Assembly: GCA_002189035.1 (NCBI GenBank)
Contig: NEEC01000016.1
Coordinates: 1-64,000 of the forward strand
DNA: 64,000 nt
Reading direction: 5' to 3'
Source: Utricularia gibba
Taxonomy: Eukaryota; Plantae; Magnoliophyta
Positions 40,601 to 53,200 of this stretch are shown here, piece after piece. The notes beneath the pieces were generated by a model. That model was given only the letters and a program-made list of their open reading frames with translations. It ran no database searches and was not told where the DNA came from. The translations under genes and the position numbers were made by a program. Position 1 is the stretch's first letter; each line of letters begins with the position of its first letter.

Positions 40601-42896
40601 CGCGAGGCCACCCCTTAATGTAGGAATTCCCAGGGCCCGAGCACACTCGGAGAAACGCATGAGAATGCCGCGAAATTCAAGATTTTGACATATATTAACG
40701 AATCACGCGTGTTTCGCAAGCCGAGATTAGTTTTCGCATAAAAACGAGCAAACGAGTCCCAACGTCCCCAATGGCTAGGCCATTTTGTGACACCATTCAA
40801 GGCTTATATAGGGCCATCCGTTGAGCTTCGAACTTTCCTCGGATGGGCGAACTCCCAACACGAAAAACGATCGTCTCAGAATGAGCTTCGAAACGGTATG
40901 CTGTGTGTCGCGTGACTCTAAACGGTTTGGACGATGTGGCGTCAATGGCGAAGGCTGCGCGAGGCCACCCCTTGGTGTAGGAATTCCCAGGGCCCGAGCA
41001 CACTCGGAGAAACGCATGAGAATGCCGCGAAATTCAAGATTTTGACATATATTAACGAATCACGCGTGTTTCGCAATCCGAGAATAATTTTCGCATAAAA
41101 ACGAGCAAAGGAGTCGCGATGTCCCCAATGGCTAGACCATTTTGGACACCATTGAAGGCTAATATAAGGCCATCCGTCGAGCTTCGAACTTTCCTCGGAT
41201 GGGCGAACTCCCAACACGAAAAACGACCGTCTCGGAATGAGCTTCGAAACGGTATGCTGTGTGTCGCGTGACTCTAAACGGTTTGGACGATGTGGCGTCA
41301 ATGGCGAAGGCTGCGCGAGGCCACCCCTTAATGTAGGAATTCCCAGGCCCGAGCACACTCGAGAAACGCATGAGAATGCCGCGAAATTCAAGATTTTGAC
41401 ATATATTAACGAATCACGCGTGTTTCGCAATCCGAGAATAATTTTCGCATAAAAACGAGCAAAGGAGTCGCATGTCCCCAATGGCTAGACCATTTTGTGA
41501 CACCATTCAAGGCTTATATAGGGCCATCCGTCGAGCTTCGAACTTTCCTCGGATGGGCGAACTCCCAACACGAAAAACGATCGTCTCAGAATGAGCTTCG
41601 AAACGGTATGCTGTGTGTCGCGTGACTCTAAACGGTTTGGACGATGTGGCGTCAATGGCGAAGGCTGCGCGAGGCCACCCCTTAATGTAGGAATTCCCAG
41701 GGCCCGAGCACACTCGGAGAAACGCATGAGAATGCCGCGAAATTCAAGATTTTGACATATATTAACGAATCACGCGTGTTTCGCAAGCCGAGAACAATTT
41801 TCGCATAAAAACGAGCAAACGAGTCCCAACGTCCCCAATGGCTAGGCCATTTTGTGACACCATTCAAGGCTTATATAGGGCCATCCGTCGAGCTTCGAAC
41901 TTTCCTCGGATGGGCGAACTTCCAACACGAAAAACGATCGTCTCAGAATGAGCTTCGAAACGGTATGCTGTGTGTCGCGTGACTCTAAACGGTTTGGACG
42001 ATGTGGCGTCAATGGCGAAGGCTGCGCGAGGCCACCCCTTGGTGTAGGAAGTCCCGGGCCCGAGCACACCCGTAGAAACGCATGAGAATGCCGCGAAATT
42101 CAAGATTTTGTATATTAACGAATCACGCGTGTTTCGCAAGCCGAGATTAGTTTTCGCATAAAAACGAGCAAACGAGTCCCAACGTCCCCAATGGCTAGGC
42201 CATTTTGTGACACCATTCAAGGCTTATATAGGGCCATCCGTCGAGCTTCGAACTTTCCTCGGATGGGCGATTCCCAACACGAAAAACGATCGTCTCAGAA
42301 TGAGCTTCGAAACGGTATGCTGTGTGTCGCGTGACTCTAAACGGTTTGGACGATGTGGCGTCAATGGCGAAGGCTGCGCGAGGCCACCCCTTGGTGTAGG
42401 AAGTCCCGGCCCGAGCACACCCATAGAAACGCATGAGAATGCCGCGAAATTCAGGATTTTTACATATATTAACGAATCACGCGTGTTTCGCAATCCGAGA
42501 ACAATTTTCGCATAAAAACGAGCAAAGGAGTCGCAACGTCCCCAATGGCTAGGCCATTTTGTGACACCATTCAAGGCTAATATAGGGCCATCCGTCGAGC
42601 TTCGAACTTTCCTCGGATGGGCGATTTCCCAACACGAAAAACGATCGTCTCAGAATGAGCTTCGAAACGGTATGCTGTGTGTCGCGTGACTCTAAACGGT
42701 TTGGACGATGTGGCGTCAATGGCGAAGGCTGCGCGAGGCCACCCCTTAATGTAGGAATTCCCAGGGCCCGAGCACACTCGGAGAAACGCATGAGAATGCC
42801 GCGAAATTCAAGATTTTGACATATATTAACGAATCACGCGTGTTTCGCAATCCGAGAATAATTTTCGCATAAAAACGAGCAAAGGAGTCGCGATGT
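18938..42896. repeat. 34-monomer higher-order repeat (~11.95 kb), two tandem copies plus the start of a third (to ~44.3 kb)
   Basis: Monomer types are colinear at an 11.9-12.0 kb offset: 19638/31565/43602, 20349/32273, 22114/34044, 25654/37577, 26006/37930, 26360/38287, 28817/40766 (both carry the rare catccgTTgagc variant), 30864/42897. Confidence 0.78.
29879..31210. repeat. Locally degraded monomers (several small deletions)
   Basis: Units are 335, 303, 347 and 347 bp long, with missing blocks such as gaaattccatatatta (~30136) and ggaagtcttagaaacg (~30411). The HOR-matched copies at 41833-43249 are full length. Confidence 0.85.
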
Positions 42897-44064
42897 CCCC
42901 AATGGCTAGACCATTTTGTGAAACCATTCAAGGCTAATATAGGCCATCCTTCGAGCTTCGAACTTTCCTCGGATGGGCGAGCTCCCAACACGAAAAACGA
43001 TCGTCTCAGAATGAGCTTCGAAACGGTATGCTGTGTGTCGCGTGACTCTAAACGGTTTGGACGATGTGGCGTCAATGGCGAAGGCTGCGCGAGGCCACCC
43101 CTTGGTGTAGGAAGTCCCAGGCCCGAGCACACCCATAGAAACGCATGAGAATGCCGCGAAATTCAGATTTTACATATATTAACGAATCACGCGTGTTTCG
43201 CAATCCGAGAAAAATTTTCGCATAAAAACGAGCAAAGGAGTCGCAACGTCCCCAATGGCTAGACCATTTTGTGAAACCATTCAAGGCTAATATAGGCCAT
43301 CCTTCGAGCTTCGAACTTTCCTCGGATGGGCGAACTCCCAACACGAAAAACGATCGTCTCAGAATGAGCTTCGAAACGGTATGCTGTGTGTCGCGTGACT
43401 CTAAACGGTTTGGACGATGTGGCGTCAATGGCGAAGGCTGCGCGAGGCCACCCCTTGGTGTAGGAATCCCAGGGCCCGAGCACACTAGAAACGCATGAGA
43501 ATGCCGCGAAATTCAAGATTTTGACATATATTAACGAATCACGCGTGTTTCGCAAGCCGAGAATAATTTTCGCATAAAAACGAGCAAAGGAGTCGCGATG
43601 TCCCCAATGGCTAGACCATTTTGTGACACCATTGAAGGCTAATATAAGGCCATCCTTCGAGCTTCGAACTTTCCTCGGATGGGCAAGCTCCCAACACGAA
43701 AAACGACCGTCTCGGAATGAGCTTCGAAACGGTATGCTGTGTGTCGCGTGACTCTAAACGGTTTGGACGATGTGGCGTCAATGGCGAAGGCTGCGCGAGG
43801 CCACCCCTTAATGTAGGAATTCCCAGGGCCCGAGCACACTCGGAGAAACGCATGAGAATGCCGCGAAATTCAAGATTTTGACATATATTAACGAATCACG
43901 CGTGTTTCGCAAGCCGAGAACAATTTTCGCATAAAAACGAGCAAACGAGTCCCAACGTCCCCAATGGCTAGGCCATTTTGTGACACCATTCAAGGCTTAT
44001 ATAGGGCCATCCGTCGAGCTTCGAACTTTCCTCGGATGGGCGAACTTCCAACACGAAAAACGAC

Positions 44065-47000
44065 CGTTCCGCGAATTCAAGATTTTGACATCGAAACGGT
44101 AAGCTGCTTTGTGGCCCATCTCGAAAACTTCTTGGAGATGCTGGCGTCAAACGGTTTGCGATGTGGCGTCAATGGCGAAGGCTGCGCGAGGCCACCCCTT
44201 GGTGTAGGAATTCCCAGGGCCCGAGCACACTCGGAGAAACGCATGAGAATGCCGCGAAATTCAAGATTTTGACATATATTAACGAATCACGCGTGTTTCG
44301 CAAGCCGAGATTAGTTTTCGCATAAAAACGAGCAAAGAGTCCAACGTCCCCAATGGCTAGGCCATTTTGTGACACCATTCAAGGCTTATATAGGGCCATC
44401 CGTCGAGCTTCGAACTTTCCTCGGATGGGCGAACTTCCAACACGAAAAACGACCGTCTCGGAATGAGCTTCGAAACGGTATGCTGTGTGTCGCGTGACTC
44501 TAAACGGTTTGGACGATGTGGCGTCAATGGCGAAGGCTGCGCGAGGCCACCCCTTAATGTAGGAATTCCCAGGGCCCGAGCACACTCGAGAAACGCATGA
44601 GAATGCCGCGAAATTCAAGATTTTGACATATATTAACGAATCACGCGTGTTTCGCAAGCCGAGAATAATTTTCGCATAAAAACGAGCAAAGAGTCAACGT
44701 CCCCAATGGCTAGACCATTTTGACACCATTCAAGGCTTATATAGGGCCATCCGTCGAGCTTCGAACTTTCCTCGGATGGGCGATCCCAACACGAAAAACG
44801 ATCGTCTCAGAATGAGCTTCGAAACGGTATGCTGTGTGTCGCGTGACTCTAAACGGTTTGGACGATGTGGCGTCAATGGCGAAGGCTGCGCGAGGCCACC
44901 CCTTAATGTAGGAATTCCCAGGGCCCGAGCACACTCGGAGAAACGCATGAGAATGCCGCGAAATTCAAGATTTTGACATATATTAACGAATCACGCGTGT
45001 TTCGCAATCCGAGAAATTTTCGCATAAAAACGAGCAAAGGAGTCGCGATGTCCCCAATGGCTAGACCATTTTGTGACACCATTCAAGGCTTATATAGGGC
45101 CATCCTCGAGCTTCGAACTTTCCTCGGATGGGCGAACTCCCAACACGAAAAACGACCGTCTCAGAATGAGCTTCGAAACGGTATGCTGTGTGTCGCGTGA
45201 CTCTAAACGGTTTGGACGATGTGGCGTCAATCGAGAATTTTCGAACGCGAATACGAACTTTCCTCGGATGGGCGAACTGCGAAACGGTATGCTGTGTGTC
45301 GCGTGACTCTAAACGGTTTGGACGATGTGGCGTCAATGGCGAAGGCTGCGCGAGGCCACCCCTTATGTAGGAATTCCCAGGCCCGAGCACACAGAAACGC
45401 ATGAGAATGCCGCGAAATTCAAGATTTTGACATATATTAACGAATCACGCGTGTTTCGCAAGCCGAGAAAATTTTCGCATAAAAACGAGCAAAGGAGTCG
45501 CCAACGTCCCCAATGGCTAGGCCATTTTGTGACACCATTCAAGGCTTATATAGGGCCATCCTCGAGCTTCGAACTTTCCTCGGATGGGCGAACTAACACG
45601 AAAAACGACGTCTCAGAATGAGCTTCGAAACGGTATGCTGTGTGTCGCGTGACTCTAAACGGTTTGGACGATGTGGCGTCAATGGCGAAGGCTGCGCGAG
45701 GCCACCCCTTGGTGTAGGAATTCCCAGGCCCGAGCACACTAGAAACGCATGAGAATGCCGCGAAATTCAAGATTTTGACATATATTAACGAATCACGCGT
45801 GTTTCGCAATCCGAGAAAATTTTCGCATAAAAACGAGCAAAGAGTCCAACGTCCCCAATTTGGCTAGGCCATTTTGTGACACCATTCAAGGCTTATATAG
45901 GGCCATCCGTCGAGCTTCGAACTTTCCTCGGATGGGCGAACTCCAACACGAAAAACGATCGTCTCAGAATGAGCTTCGAAACGGTATGCTGTGTGTCGCG
46001 TGACTCTAAACGGTTTGGACGATGTGGCGTCAATGGCGAAGGCTGCGCGAGGCCACCCCTTGGTGTAGGAATTCCCAGGGCCCGAGCACACTCGAGAAAC
46101 GCATGAGAATGCCGCGAAATTCAAGATTTTGACATATATTAACGAATCACGCGTGTTTCGCAAGCCGAGAATTATTTTCGCATAAAAACGAGCAAACGAG
46201 TCCAACGTCCCCAATGGCTAGGCCATTTTGTGACACCATTCAAGGCTTATATAGGGCCATCCGTCGAGCTTCGAACTTTCCTCGGATGGGCAACTCCCAA
46301 CACGAAAAACGACGTCTCGGAATGAGCTTCGAAACGGTATGCTGTGTGTCGCGTGACTCTAAACGGTTTGGACGATGTGGCGTCAATGGCGAAGGCTGCG
46401 CGAGGCCACCCCTTAATGTAGGAATCCCAGGGCCCGAGCACACCGAGAAACGCATGAGAATGCCGCGAAATTCAAGATTTTGACATATATTAACGAATCA
46501 CGCGTGTTTCGCAATCCGAGAACAATTTTCGCATAAAAACGAGCAAAGGAGTCCAACGTCCCCAATGGCTAGGCCATTTTGTGACACCATTCAAGGCTTA
46601 TATAGGGCCATCCGTCGAGCTTCGAACTTTCCTCGGATGGGCGAACTCCAACACGAAAAACGATCGTCTCAGAATGAGCTTCGAAACGGTATGCTGTGTG
46701 TCGCGTGACTCTAAACGGTTTGGACGATGTGGCGTCAATGGCGAAGGCTGCGCGAGGCCACCCCTTGTAGCTAGAAACGCATGAGAATGCCGCGGGGCGC
46801 ATAAAAACGTCCCAACGTCCCCAATGGCTAGGCCATTTTGTGACACCATTCAAGCTTATATAGGGCCATCCTCGAGCTTCGAACTTTCCTCGGATGGGCG
46901 GAAAAACGAACTTCGAAACGGTATGTGTGCGCGTGACTCTAAACGCGATGTGGCGTCAATGGCGAAGGCTGCGCGAGGCCACCCCTTGGTGTAGGAAGTC

Positions 47001-48496
47001 CCGGAGGAAACGCATGAGAATGCCGCGAAATTCAGCATATATTAACGAATCACGCGTGTTTCGCAATCCGAGAATTTTCGCATAAATGGCTAGGCCATTT
47101 TGTGACACCATTCAAGGCTTATATAGGGCCATCCGTCAAGCTTCGAACTTTCCTCGGATGGGCACTCCCAACACGAAAAACGACGTCTCGGAATGAGCTT
47201 CGAAACGGTATGCCGCGTGACTCTAAACGGTTTGGACGATGGCGTCAATGGCGAAGGCTGCGCGAGGCCACCCCTTAATGTAGGAATTCCCAGGGCCCGA
47301 GCACACAGAAACGCATGAGAATGCCGCGAAATTCAAGATTTTGACATATATTAACGAATCACGCGTGTTTCGCAATCCGAGAATAATTTTCGCAGCAAAG
47401 GAGTCGATGTCCCCAATGGCTAGACCATTTCCATTCAAGGCGGGAACTTTCCTCGGATGGGCGACTCCCAACACGAAAAACGATCGTCTCAGAATGAGCT
47501 TCGAAACGGTATGCTGTGTGTCGCGTGATTCTAAACGGTTTGGACGATGTGGCGTCAATGCGCTTTGCGCTGTGTGTTCGATGGCAAATCGGATTTGAGA
47601 CCCCACCCGAAAAACGACGAAGAATGAGCTTCGAAACGGTATGCTGTGTGTCGCGTGACTCTAAACGGTTTGGACGAATGTATCGCATGAAAACCGCGAA
47701 ATTCAAGGGCCCGAGCACACCCGGAGAAAGACGCATGAGAATGCCGCGAAATTCAAGATTTTGACATATATTACGAGCGAATCGACGCGTGTTTCGCAAG
47801 GATCAATTTTCATATATTAACGAATCATAAAAACGTTTGGAACAGCGGCTAAACATATTTTCATGTTTGTGACTAAACGGTTTTAAGGCGATTTCCCCAT
47901 CCGAAGGCCATTCCATCGAGAACCCGGTCGGGGATTCCCAGGGCCGAAACACCGATCGTCTCAGAATGAGCTTCGAAACGGTATGCTGTGTCGCGTGACT
48001 CTAAACGGTTGGACGATGAATGGCGAAGGCTGCGCGAGGCCACCCCTTCAATCGAGTTGAGAATGCCGCGAAATTCAAGATTTTGACATATATTAACGAA
48101 TCACGCGTGTTTCGCAATCCGAGAATAATTTTCGCATAAAAACGAGCAAAGGAGTCGCGCCCCAATGGCTAGACCATTTTGTCCCATCCGTCGAGCTTCG
48201 AACTTTCCTCGGATGGGCAACTCCCAACACGAAAAACGAAATGAGCTTCGAAACGGTATGCTGTGTGTCGCGTGACTCTAAACGGTTTGGACGATGTGGC
48301 GTCAATGGCGAAGGCTGCGCGAGGCCACCCCTTAATGTAGGAATGGGCCAGGAGAATCCGCGAAATTCAAGATTTTGACATATATTAACGAATCACGCGT
48401 GTTTCGCAATTATGAGAATCGCCGCTTTTCATTCAAGATTTTGGGATGTTAACAACCAAAACGCGTGTTTCCCCCGAGAAGGCGCATTCCCAACGT
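44065..48496. repeat. Scrambled/degenerate satellite segment
   Basis: Unit lengths are irregular (389, 456, 259, ~265 bp) and satellite motifs are shuffled, worst at ~47540-48060. Intact units are interspersed. Confidence 0.85.
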
Positions 48497-50237
48497 CCCC
48501 AATGGCTAGGCCATTTTGTGACACCATTCAAGGCTTATATAGGGCCATCCGTCGAGCTTCGAACTTTCCTCGGATGGGCGAACTCCAACACGAAAAACGA
48601 TCGTCTCAGAATGAGCTTCGAAACGGTAACTCTAAACGGTTTGGACGATGTGGCGTCAATGGCGAAGGCTGCGCGAGGCCACCCCTTGGTGTAGGAAAGC
48701 ACACCCGTAGAAACGCATGAGAATGCCGCGAAATTCAAGATTTTTACATATATTAACGAATCACGCGTGTTTCGCAAGCCGAGATTATTTTCGCATAAAA
48801 ACGAGCAAACGAGTCCCAACGTCCCCAATGGCTAGGCCATTTTGTGACACCATTCAAGGCTTATATAGGGCCATCCGTCGAGCTTCGAACTTTCCTCGGA
48901 TGGGCGATTTCCCAACACGAAAAACGATCGTCTCAGAATGAGCTTCGAAACGGTATGCTGTGTGTCGCGTGACTCTAAACGGTTTGGACGATGTGGCGTC
49001 AATGGCGAAGGCTGCGCGAGGCCACCCCTTGTAGGAAGTCCCGGCCCGAGCACACCCATAGAAACGCATGAGAATGCCGCGAAATTCAGATTTTTACATA
49101 TATTAACGAATCACGCGTGTTTCGCAATCCGAGAACAATTTTCGCATAAAAACGAGCAAAGGAGTCGCAACGTCCCCAATGGCTAGGCCATTTTGTGACA
49201 CCATTCAAGGCTTATATAGGGCCATCCGTCGAGCTTCGAACTTTCCTCGGATGGGCGAATTCCCAACACGAAAAACGATCGTCTCAGAATGAGCTTCGAA
49301 ACGGTATGCTGTGTGTCGCGTGACTCTAAACGGTTTGGACGATGTGGCGTCAATGGCGAAGGCTGCGCGAGGCCACCCCTTAATGTAGGAATTCCCAGGG
49401 CCCGAGCACACTCGGAGAAACGCATGAGAATGCCGCGAAATTCAAGATTTTGACATATATTAACGAATCACGCGTGTTTCGCAATCCGAGAATAATTTTC
49501 GCATAAAAACGAGCAAAGGAGTCGCGATGTCCCCAATGGCTAGACCATTTTGTGACACCATTCAAGGCTAATATAGGCCATCCTTCGAGCTTCGAACTTT
49601 CCTCGGATGGGCGAGCTCCCAACACGAAAAACGATCGTCTCAGAATGAGCTTCGAAACGGTATGCTGTGTGTCGCGTGACTCTAAACGGTTTGGACGATG
49701 TGGCGTCAATGGCGAAGGCTGCGCGAGGCCACCCCTTGGTGTAGGAAGTCCCACCCGAGCACACCCATAGAAACGCATGAGAATGCCGCGAAATTCAAGA
49801 TTTTACATATATTAACGAATCACGCGTGTTTCGCAATCCGAGAAAAATTTTCGCATAAAAACGAGCAAAGGAGTCGCAACGTCCCCAATGGCTAGACCAT
49901 TTTGTGACACCATTCAAGGCTAATATAGGCCATCCTTCGAGCTTCGAACTTTCCTCGGATGGGCGAACTCCCAACACGAAAAACGATCGTCTCAGAATGA
50001 GCTTCGAAACGGTATGCTGTGTGTCGCGTGACTCTAAACGGTTTGGACGATGTGGCGTCAATGGCGAAGGCTGCGCGAGGCCACCCCTTGGTGTAGGAAG
50101 TCCCGGGGCCCGAGCACACCCGTAGAAACGCATGAGAATGCCGCGAAATTCAAGATTTTGACATATATTAACGAATCACGCGTGTTTCGCAAGCCGAGAA
50201 TAATTTTCGCATAAAAACGAGCAAAGGAGTCGCATGT

Positions 50238-53200
50238 CCCCAATGGCTAGACCATTTTGGGACACCATTCAAGGCTAATATAGGCCATCCTTCGAGCTTC
50301 GAACTTTCCTCGGATGGGCAAGCTCCCAACACGAAAAACGACCGTCTCGGAATGAGCTTCGAAACGGTATGCTGTGTGTCGCGTGACTCTAAACGGTTTG
50401 GACGATGTGGCGTCAATGGCGAAGGCTGCGCGAGGCCACCCCTTAATGTAGGAATTCCCAGGGCCCGAGCACACTCGGAGAAACGCATGAGAATGCCGCG
50501 AAATTCAAGATTTTGACATATATTAACGAATCACGCGTGTTTCGCAAGCCGAGAACAATTTTCGCATAAAAACGAGCAAACGAGTCCAACGTCCCCAATG
50601 GCTAGGCCATTTTGTGACACCATTCAAGGCTTATATAGGGCCATCCTTCGAGCTTCGAACTTTCCTCGGATGGGCAACTTTCAACACGAAAAACGACCAT
50701 CTCGGAATGAGCTTCGAAACGGTATGCTGTGTGTCGCGTGACTCTAAACGGTTTGGGATGTGGCGTCAATGGCGAAGGCTGCGCGAGGCCACCCCTTGGT
50801 GTAGGAATCCCAGGGCCCGAGCACACCTTGAGAAACGCATGAGAATGCCGCGAAATTCAAGATTTTGACATATATTAACGAATCACGCGTGTTTCGCAAG
50901 CCGAGATTAGTTTTCGCATAAAAACGAGCAAACGAGTCCCAACGTCCCCAATGGCTAGGCCATTTTGTGACACCATTCAAGGCTTATATAGGGCCATCCG
51001 TCGAGCTTCGAACTTTCCTCGGATGGGCGAACTCCCAACACGAAAAACGACCGTCTCGAATGAGCTTCGAAACGGTATGCTGTGTGTCGCGTGACTCTAA
51101 ACGGTTTGGACGATGTGGCGTCAATGGCGAAGGCTGCGCGAGGCCACCCCTTGGTGTAGGAAGTCCCAGGGCCCGAGCACACCCATAGAAACGCATGAGA
51201 ATGCCGCGAAATTCAAGATTTTACATATATTAACGAATCACGCGTGTTTCGCAATCCGAGAAAATTTTCGCATAAAAACGAGCAAAGGAGTCGCAACGTC
51301 CCCAATGGCTAGACCATTTTGTGACACCATTCAAGGCTAATATAGGCCATCCTTTGAGCTTCGAACTTTCCTCGGATGGGCGAACTCCCAACACGAAAAA
51401 CGATCGTCTCAGAATGAGCTTCGAAACGGTATGCTGTGTGTCGCGTGACTCTAAACGGTTTGGACGATGTGGCGTCAATGGCGAAGGCTGCGCGAGGCCA
51501 CCCCTTGGTGTAGGAAGTCCCGGGCCCGAGCACACCCGTAGAAACGCATGAGAATGCCGCGAAATTCAAGATTTTGACATATATTAACGAATCACGCGTG
51601 TTTCGCAAGCCGAGAATAATTTTCGCATAAAAACGAGCAAAGGAGTCGCGATGTCCCCAATGGCTAGACCATTTTGTGACACATTGAAGGCTAATATAAG
51701 GCCATCCTTCGAGCTTCGAACTTTCCTCGGATGGGCAAGCTCCCAACACGAAAAACGACCGTCTCGGAATGAGCTTCGAAACGGTATGCTGTGTGTCGCG
51801 TGACTCTAAACGGTTTGGACGATGTGGCGTCAATGGCGAAGGCTGCGCGAGGCCACCCCTTAATGTAGGAATTCCCAGGGCCCGAGCACACTCGGAGAAA
51901 CGCATGAGAATGCCGCGAAATTCAAGATTTTGACATATATTAACGAATCACGCGTGTTTCGCAAGCCGAGAACAATTTTCGCATAAAAACGAGCAAACGA
52001 GTCCAACGTCCCCAATGGCTAGGCCATTTTGTGACACCATTCAAGGCTTATATAGGGCCATCCTTCGAGCTTCGAACTTTCCTCGGATGGGCGAAACACG
52101 AAAAACGACGTCTCGGAATGAGCTTCGAAACGGTATGCTGTGTGTCGCGTGACTCTAAACGGTTTGATGTGGCGTCAATGCGAAGGCTGCGCGAGGCCAC
52201 CCCTTGGTGTAGGAAGTCCCAGGGCCCGAGCACACCGAGAAACGCATGAGAATGCCGCGAAATTCAAGATTTTGACATATATTAACGAATCACGCGTGTT
52301 TCGCAAGCCGAGATTAGTTTTCGCATAAAAACGAGCAAAGAGTCCCAACGTCCCCAATGGCTAGGCCATTTTGTGACACCATTCAAGGCTTATATAGGGC
52401 CATCCGTCGAGCTTCGAACTTTCCTCGGATGGGCGAACTCCCAACACGAAAAACGACCGTCTCGGAATGAGCTTCGAAACGGTATGCTGTGTGTCGCGTG
52501 ACTCTAAACGGTTTGGACGATGTGGCGTCAATGGCGAAGGCTGCGCGAGGCCACCCCTTGGTGTAGGAAGTCCCAGGCCCGAGCACACCTAGAAACGCAT
52601 GAGAATGCCGCGAAATTCAAGATTTTGACATATATTAACGAATCACGCGTGTTTCGCAATCCGAGAAAAATTTTCGCATAAAAACGAGCAAAGGAGTCGC
52701 AACGTCCCCAATGGCTAGACCATTTTGTGACACCATTCAAGGCTAATATAGGCCATCCTTCGAGCTTCGAACTTTCCTCGGATGGGCGACTCCCAACACG
52801 AAAAACGATCGTCTCAGAATGAGCTTCGAAACGGTATGCTGTGTGTCGCGTGACTCTAAACGGTTTGGACGATGTGGCGTCAATGGCGAAGGCTGCGCGA
52901 GGCCACCCCTTGGTGTAGGAAGTCCCAGGGCCCGAGCACACCGTAGAAACGCATGAGAATGCCGCGAAATTCAAGATTTTGACATATATTAACGAATCAC
53001 GCGTGTTTCGCAAGCCGAGAATAATTTTCGCATAAAAACGAGCAAAGGAGTCGCGATGTCCCCAATGGCTAGACCATTTTGTGACACATTGAAGGCTATA
53101 TAGGCCATCCTCGAGCTTCGAACTTTCCTCGGATGGGCAAGCTCCCAACACGAAAAACGACCGTCTCGGAATGAGCTTCGAAACGGTATGCTGTGTGTCG

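Noticed and set aside
47761-47960. Possible foreign insertion (transposon fragment or unique DNA)
   Set aside because: Most of it resolves into shuffled monomer fragments (catatattaacgaatc, cataaaaacg, taaacggttt, gatttccc, ttcccagggcc), with no target-site duplication or terminal repeat.
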